Shown in pieces: positions 6,823 to 11,879 of a DNA stretch of 11,879 nt (its first letter is position 1; the number at the start of each line of letters is the position of its first letter). Source of the stretch: a bacterium (GTDB lineage Bacteria; Eisenbacteria; RBG-16-71-46); contig JAYWEM010000053.1 in the NCBI GenBank assembly GCA_043779265.1, positions 1-11,879 on the forward strand, written 5' to 3'. Position numbers and translations under genes: made by a program. The notes beneath the pieces are model-generated. The model searched no databases. It saw nothing but the letters and a program-made list of their open reading frames with translations, and was not told where the DNA came from.

Positions 6823-7382
6823 TGGACCCGATCCTCTTCTCGCAGTTGCGCCGCCAGGTCCCGATGCTCGCCGCTCTCACGATGGGCATCGTGTTCCTTG
6901 CGCTTCATTCGCTGGTTTTCATGCCGCTCGAGCAGCGCTACCGTCGTGCCCTCGCGGCCGCCGGCCCGATGGGCGCGACGCTGGACCCGAGTCAGGCGAC
7001 GCAGGCGCTGCCGCCCCGCGTGTACACACTGCTCATCGAGAACGCACGGCCGGCCAGCGAAGTGGACCGCGATGCCCAATCGGGTGAGCTCGCTGGCCAG
7101 TTGATGCAGGTCCTCTCGGGCGTCGCGGGCCGCCACGGCCTCGATGTGATCGTCTCGGAGCCGCGACTTCTGACGCAGCAGGCGACGCGTGTGCAGGTCC
7201 GCGCGCATCTTCGCATGCGCGGTCGCTACTCGGGCCTCGTCGGGTTCCTCGACGAACTCTCGAAGCAACCCGGGCTCTACCGGGTCGAGCGACTGATGCT
7301 GGATCCAGACGAGGGCAGCATCCACGAGATCGAACTTCATGTGGCGCAACTCCTCCTCAAGCGGCCGGAGCGTGGCTCGTGA
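6822..7382 (+). CDS. pilO: PilO/GspM-like bitopic inner-membrane protein, 186 aa
   Basis: The ATG at 6822 has a TGATG overlap. It has one N-terminal TM helix ending in FMP and the PilO signature LRMRGRYSGLVGFLDELSKQPGLYRVERLML. Confidence 0.85.
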   Translation: MDPILFSQLRRQVPMLAALTMGIVFLALHSLVFMPLEQRYRRALAAAGPMGATLDPSQATQALPPRVYTLLIENARPASEVDRDAQSGELAGQLMQVLSGVAGRHGLDVIVSEPRLLTQQATRVQVRAHLRMRGRYSGLVGFLDELSKQPGLYRVERLMLDPDEGSIHEIELHVAQLLLKRPERGS

Positions 7383-7861
7383 ATCGCGACATCTCGTTCC
7401 TGCTCGGTCCGCTCGTGGGAGTTGCGGTGCTCCTCTACGTGCTGATGACCACATGGGATGCTCTGGGCGTGACCGGCGCCTTCGGGACAGGCAGGACGGC
7501 CCCGGTGGCCCGAGCGGTCGACCCCTTCACGACGCTCGATGCGGCGCTGGGAAGGCCGAGGCCCGCCGCGAGCGCAGTACGCGACCCGATGAGCTTCGGC
7601 GCCGTCGCGTCGGAATCTCGCGGCCCCACGCAACCCGTCGTCCGCCGCCCTGCTGCTCCGCCGGTGCCTGTGCGCCCGGTCCTGACCGCCATCGTGTTCG
7701 ACTCGGACCCTCGCGCTCTGGTGCGCTGGCAGGGTCGCGAGTGGACGGTTCGTCCCGGCGGCCTCTTCGATGAATTCGTGGTGCGCGCCATCACCCGTGA
7801 CCAGGTCACGCTGCAGCGCGGCAGCGAGACGATCGTGATGCAACGACCACAGGGAGAATGA
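7379..7861 (+). CDS. PilP/GspC-HR-like protein with an N-terminal TM helix instead of a lipobox, 160 aa
   Basis: It lies between pilO and the secretin, with a GTGA overlap. It has VDPF and RDPM motifs, a Pro-rich linker and an HR-type beta-domain (LTAIVFDSDPRALV...TVRPGG...VVRAITRDQVTL). The protein contains no cysteine. Confidence 0.72.
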   Translation: MNRDISFLLGPLVGVAVLLYVLMTTWDALGVTGAFGTGRTAPVARAVDPFTTLDAALGRPRPAASAVRDPMSFGAVASESRGPTQPVVRRPAAPPVPVRPVLTAIVFDSDPRALVRWQGREWTVRPGGLFDEFVVRAITRDQVTLQRGSETIVMQRPQGE

Positions 7862-9135
7862 CCATGCGCCTGTCCGACCTCCGCACCGCCTTGCTGGCCG
7901 TGCTCATGCTCACCGCCGTCTCGATCGCCTCCGCCCAGAAGTCCGACAGACTCGTCTCGCTCGATGCGGATGACGCCAACCTCCCGGCCGTTCTGAAGAT
8001 CCTGGCCGAGAAGGGCGGGCTCAACGTGATCACCGGGCCGGGCGTCGCGGCGGGCCGGATCACGATCCACATGAAGGACGTGCCGGTCGAACAGGCCGTG
8101 AACCTGGTCGTCCGCGCCGCCGGCCTCGCCTACGAGCGCATCGGCAACAGCATCCTCGTCGCCGAGGCGAAGTCGCTGCGCGAAGAGACCGGGCTCAGCT
8201 CGTACATCGTGAATCTGAAGTACGCCGACGCCAATGAGGTGAAGCTGGCGCTCTCGGGGATCACCGACAAGATCTCGGTCGATCGCGGTGGCAACCGGCT
8301 GATCGTGGTCACGAGCCCGCGCATCATCTCCGAGATCGAGAGCATCATCGCCGTGCTCGACAAGCCGGCCCAGCAGGTGATGCTCGAGGCCCGCATCGTC
8401 GAGGTCTCCACCGACGACCTCCGCAGCCTGGGAATCGACTGGGACCTGCTGAACCGTCAGGGATTCGTGTTCGCCGAGGGCAACTACAGCAGCATCGCGG
8501 GCGGTGATGGTGAGAGTGGCACGCTCGAGAATCTGCAGATGTTCCCGAACACGCCCGGAACGTTCGACATCTTCAAGTTCAAGGGATTCAGCCGGGTCGG
8601 CCGTGTGTTCCGCGTGTTCCTGGATGCCCTGGTCCGCGACGGCAATGCCCGCGTGCTCGCGAGCCCCAAGCTGACGACACTGAACGGCAAGGAGGCCACG
8701 ATGCTCGTGGGCCAGCGCATCCCGTTCGTCACGACCGGCGCGGTGTTCGCGGGCGGCGGCGCATCGCAGGTCCAGCAGATCCAGAGGGAGGAAGTCGGCG
8801 TGAAACTGTCGATCACGCCGCTCATCAACGCCGACGGCTACATCACGACGACGATCTCACCCGAGGTCAGTTCGGTGTCCGGGTTCAAGGGCGAGAATGG
8901 CGACCTGCCGATCATCTCGACGCGACAGGCCACGACGACCGTGCGTCTCAAGGACGGCGGCAGCGTGATCATCGGCGGGCTCCTCTCCGAGGAACGCACC
9001 GAGAACGTGGTCAAGGTGCCGATCCTGGGGGACATCCCATTGCTCGGACAGCTGTTCCGCCATACCCGCATCACGGCGATCAAGAAGGACCTGATCATCG
9101 AGGTCACGCCGCGCATCCTCGTCGACGTCAACTGA
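7858..9135 (+). CDS. pilQ: Outer-membrane secretin (PilQ/HofQ/GspD family), compact form
   Basis: Signal peptide ending ASA-Q, N0 domain (VSLDADDANL..VLKILA), one N3-type domain (LKYADANEV..DRGGNRLIV), QVMLEARIVEV, VLASPKLTTLNGKEA, GVKLSITPLI, VIIGGL and KVPILGDIPLLGQLF. The alternative start ATG 7864 has better spacing to GGAG at 7853-7856. Confidence 0.93.
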   Translation: MTMRLSDLRTALLAVLMLTAVSIASAQKSDRLVSLDADDANLPAVLKILAEKGGLNVITGPGVAAGRITIHMKDVPVEQAVNLVVRAAGLAYERIGNSILVAEAKSLREETGLSSYIVNLKYADANEVKLALSGITDKISVDRGGNRLIVVTSPRIISEIESIIAVLDKPAQQVMLEARIVEVSTDDLRSLGIDWDLLNRQGFVFAEGNYSSIAGGDGESGTLENLQMFPNTPGTFDIFKFKGFSRVGRVFRVFLDALVRDGNARVLASPKLTTLNGKEATMLVGQRIPFVTTGAVFAGGGASQVQQIQREEVGVKLSITPLINADGYITTTISPEVSSVSGFKGENGDLPIISTRQATTTVRLKDGGSVIIGGLLSEERTENVVKVPILGDIPLLGQLFRHTRITAIKKDLIIEVTPRILVDVN

Positions 9136-9141
9136 GCCCCA

Positions 9142-9183
9142 CGCACTCCGAGGGGCTACGCCTCGCGCGCCCCTCAGAGTGCG
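9142..9183. terminator. 15-bp inverted repeat between the convergent pilQ and DUF5658-like genes
   Basis: CGCACTCCGAGGGGC (9142-9156) and GCCCCTCAGAGTGCG (9169-9183) pair with one mismatch around a 12-nt loop. There is no U-tract on either side. Confidence 0.55.
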
Positions 9184-9530
9184 GGCGGACCGCCGTGAAC
9201 GTGCAGCACGCCCGCCATCCAGCCGAGCCACTGCCCCACCGCCACCGTCAGGGCCAGCGTCACCAGCCCCATCCCGGCAGTGGCGAGAAGAGGGGTCTGC
9301 TGCCGATACCGGTAGAGCCTCACGATGAGCAGTGGGACCAACACGCCCTTCAGAAACACGAAGGCGGGCCAATGGCCGTGGGCCAATCCCGCCATGAGCG
9401 GATTGCCCTCACGATTGCCGAACCAGTGGATGCCGATCGCGGTGGCCGACAGGTCGAGGCTGTTCGCCACCACCGCCAGGAACAGCACGGTGCGAAGGAC
9501 CGGGATGCGAGTCAGTGGGAGGGTCGACAT
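9174..9530 (-). CDS. Small membrane protein, DUF5658-like, 118 aa
   Basis: MSTLPLTRIPVLRTVLFLAVVANSLDLSATAIGIHWFGNREGNPLMAGLAHGHWPAFVFLKG... shows the N.LD...T...G.....E.NP.M......W..F...K pattern I recognise from DUF5658, with about 3 hydrophobic segments. It fills the pilQ-pilD gap exactly. This is the 3' end of the 9174..10772 track ORF. Confidence 0.78.
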   Translation of the reverse strand: MSTLPLTRIPVLRTVLFLAVVANSLDLSATAIGIHWFGNREGNPLMAGLAHGHWPAFVFLKGVLVPLLIVRLYRYRQQTPLLATAGMGLVTLALTVAVGQWLGWMAGVLHVHGGPPAL

Positions 9531-9590
9531 GAGAGCCAGTGTGCCGGAGTCGCGCGCCGGATTCCATAGCGGCTTGGCGGGCTCAGCGCG

Positions 9591-10367
9591 ATGAGCATCG
9601 ATCTGTTCTTCACGATCTCGCTCGCGCTGCTCGGCCTGGTCATGGGCAGCGCCGTCTCGGCTCTCGCCTGGCGGCTGCCGCGCGGCCGCTCGTGGGTGCA
9701 CGGCCGCTCGGCCTGCCCATCCTGCGATCACGTCCTCGCCGCGCTCGACCTGGTGCCGGTGCTGTCCTGGCTCGCGACCCGAGGGCGTTGCCGCCATTGC
9801 GGTTGCCGCGTGAGCCCTCGCTACCCCGCGAATGAGATCGTGTGCGCCCTCTGGGCGGTGCTGGTCTATCGCCACACGGGTCTGGCCCCGATGATGCCGC
9901 TGGTGCTGCTGTGGGGCTGGTTGATGGTGGCCCTGTTGTGGATCGACTTCGACTTCCAGCTGCTGCCGGACGCGCTGACGTTCCCGGGCACGCTGATCGC
10001 CATCGCCGCCTCGGCACTGGGGCCAGGGAGCCGTCACGCGCTGTTCGGAGTGCTGATGGGTGCGGGACTGCTGTGGCTGGTGGCCGAGGTCTACCTGAAG
10101 CTCCGGAAGATCGAGGGCATGGGCGGCGGCGACGTGAAACTGGCGGCGATGTTCGGCGCGCTGCTCGGCCCTTGGGGCGCTCTCCTGACGATCATGCTGG
10201 CCGCCTTCGCCGGCAGTCTGTGGGGCGGCGTGCTCATGCTCCGCGGGCAGGGGGACGGCAAGACCGCGCTTCCCTTCGGCACATTGCTCGCGCCCGCGGC
10301 GATGGTCGTCTATCTCGTCGGCGACCGGATGATCGGCGCCTATCTGGGACTGATCGCGCCTCGTTGA
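9591..10367 (+). CDS. pilD: Prepilin peptidase / N-methyltransferase (peptidase A24A)
   Basis: Zn motif RSACPSC...GRCRHC, LVPVLSWL, SPRYP, catalytic aspartates in WIDFDFQLLPD and GMGGGDVKL, and C-terminal LPFGTLLA; multi-TM protein. Confidence 0.95.
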   Translation: MSIDLFFTISLALLGLVMGSAVSALAWRLPRGRSWVHGRSACPSCDHVLAALDLVPVLSWLATRGRCRHCGCRVSPRYPANEIVCALWAVLVYRHTGLAPMMPLVLLWGWLMVALLWIDFDFQLLPDALTFPGTLIAIAASALGPGSRHALFGVLMGAGLLWLVAEVYLKLRKIEGMGGGDVKLAAMFGALLGPWGALLTIMLAAFAGSLWGGVLMLRGQGDGKTALPFGTLLAPAAMVVYLVGDRMIGAYLGLIAPR

Positions 10368-10422
10368 CGACCGCGCGCGAGCGCCGCGAGACTGCTCGTC
10401 TCGTTCCCCGGAGGAAGCGCGC

Positions 10423-11415
10423 ATGACCCGCTCTCGCATCACCGGCCTCGGATTCCACGTCCCGCCTCGCGTCGTGACCAACGACGATCTGGCGAAGCAC
10501 ATGGATACGAGCGACGCGTGGATCGTCGAGCGCACGGGGATCCGCCAACGGCATTTCGTCGAAGGCGATGTCGGATCGAGCGAGCTGGGCGTCGAAGCGG
10601 CCCGCCGCGCCCTTGCGGACGCGGGGCGAACAGCCGCGGATGTCGATTTCATCGTGTTCGCGACCACCACGCCCGACTGGATGTTCCCGGGCAATGGCGT
10701 GCTGGTGCAGCAGGCCCTCGGACTCGGAACGGTCGGCGCGCTCGATGTGCGCAATGCCTGCAGCGGTTTCATCTACGCACTGAGCGTGGCGGATGCGTTC
10801 GTCCGCATCGGCCGCTATCGCTGCGTTCTGGTGATCGGAGCCGAGGTGCAGAGCACCGGGCTCGACCTCTCGACCGAGGGTCGCGACATGGCCGTGCTGT
10901 TCGGCGATGGCGCGGGCGCAGCCGTCGTCGAACCGGGCGACGAGCGACGCGGCATCCTCTCGTGGTCGCTCCACAGTGAGGGCGCTCTGGCTCGCGAACT
11001 GTGGTGCGAGGCGCCCTCCTCGCGCGTCGCGGGACGAGTCACGCACGAGATGCTCGATCAGGGACGGCAGTTCCCCCGCATGAACGGTCGGCAGGTGTTC
11101 AAGAACGCCGCGACCCGATTCCCCGAGGTCATCCAGGAGGTACTGGCGGACTCCGGGCACACGCTCGACGAGGTCGCGCTCATCGTTCCCCACCAGGCCA
11201 ACCAGCGGATCGGCGATGCCGTCGCCCAGCGGCTGGGTGTGGCGCCCGAGAAGGTGTTCCAGAACATCGAACGCTACGGGAACACGACGGCCGCGAGCAT
11301 CCCGATCGCCCTGACCGAGGCGCGCGACCAGGGCCGGGTCCGGGAGGGCGACTTGATCGTACTGGCCGCTTTCGGAGCTGGTTTCGCCTGGGCCGGCTGC
11401 GCCATGAGGTGGTGA
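10423..11415 (+). CDS. fabH: 3-oxoacyl-ACP synthase III (beta-ketoacyl-ACP synthase III)
   Basis: Motifs DTSDAWIVERTGIRQR, catalytic Cys in NACSGF, LFGDGAGA, MNGRQVFK, His in PHQAN, Asn in YGNTTAASIP, and AFGAGFAW. RBS GGAGG lies at 10410-10414. Confidence 0.95.
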   Translation: MTRSRITGLGFHVPPRVVTNDDLAKHMDTSDAWIVERTGIRQRHFVEGDVGSSELGVEAARRALADAGRTAADVDFIVFATTTPDWMFPGNGVLVQQALGLGTVGALDVRNACSGFIYALSVADAFVRIGRYRCVLVIGAEVQSTGLDLSTEGRDMAVLFGDGAGAAVVEPGDERRGILSWSLHSEGALARELWCEAPSSRVAGRVTHEMLDQGRQFPRMNGRQVFKNAATRFPEVIQEVLADSGHTLDEVALIVPHQANQRIGDAVAQRLGVAPEKVFQNIERYGNTTAASIPIALTEARDQGRVREGDLIVLAAFGAGFAWAGCAMRW

Positions 11416-11441
11416 GCGGGAGTCGGCGTCGGTCGCAATCT

Positions 11442-11879
11442 CTACTTCAGGTTGTGCGACACCTTCTGCACGTCGTCGTCCTGCTCGAGCCGGTCGATCA
11501 GCTTGAGCACTTCGTTCGCCGGCTCCTCCGCCAACTCGACGAGCGTCTGGGCGATGTACTCGGACTCCGAGGAGATCGGTGAGATCTCCTTGTCCTCGAG
11601 CGCCTTCTGGAGCGATCCGAATTCGTTGAACGCGCAGCGCAGGACAAGCTGAGTATCGCCCTTCTCCCCCACGCTCTCGCCCATCTCCTCGAGCCCGTGA
11701 TCGATCATCTCCATCTCGAGCGCATCGGCGTCGACTCCGTCGGGCTTCAACCGGAACACCCCCATGCGCTTGAACTGACGGCTCACACTGCCCGTCGTCG
11801 CGATGTTCCCGCCCAGCTTGTTGAACGCCGTGCGCAGGTTGGCCACCGTCCGGGTGTTGTTGTTGGTGGCGCACTCGAC
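11442..11879 (-). CDS. yebC: YebC/PmpR (TACO1) family protein, 5'-truncated by the window edge
   Basis: The frame is open to the window end: [33 protein letters not shown] and C-terminal [18 protein letters not shown]. Confidence 0.92.
   Translation of the reverse strand, partial: VECATNNNTRTVANLRTAFNKLGGNIATTGSVSRQFKRMGVFRLKPDGVDADALEMEMIDHGLEEMGESVGEKGDTQLVLRCAFNEFGSLQKALEDKEISPISSESEYIAQTLVELAEEPANEVLKLIDRLEQDDDVQKVSHNLK

Noticed and set aside
9195..9594. Plus-strand ORFs 9195..9569 and 9325..9594 in the pilQ-pilD gap
   Set aside because: They have no motifs and are antisense to the better-supported DUF5658-like gene.
9531..10772. N-terminal ~414 aa of the 532-aa minus-strand ORF 9174..10772
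   Set aside because: It overlaps pilD and fabH in antisense. Only the last 118 codons (from ATG 9530) look like a real protein.
11855..11867. (AAC)3 repeat and TNN instead of TDN in the YebC motif
   Set aside because: This is a single conservative substitution in a coding microrepeat, with no evidence of functional significance.

Overview
High-GC bacterial DNA. About 9.1 kb is one co-directional, tightly packed type IV filament (T4aP-like) locus: partial pilB ATPase, pilC, major pilin, three minor pilins (PilV-, PilW- and a very large PilX/GspK-like protein), pilM, pilN, pilO, a Cys-free PilP/GspC-like protein and a minimal 425-aa secretin. Next come an antisense DUF5658-like small membrane protein gene, prepilin peptidase pilD, fabH and the 3' part of a yebC/pmpR gene on the minus strand. 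No pilT, pilY1 or fimU/pilE is visible in the window, and I saw no RNA genes, mobile elements or CRISPR arrays. The most notable points are: (1) the locus resembles a self-contained DNA-uptake-type pilus, with a ComZ-like beta-solenoid tip pilin and an AMIN-less secretin; (2) a 16-bp RNA hairpin just after pilA doubles as the prepilin-cleavage coding sequence of the next gene; (3) the major pilin has an e-pilin-like aromatic pattern; (4) an uncharacterised membrane protein gene sits between pilQ and pilD. Family calls come from motif recognition by eye, not from database searches.
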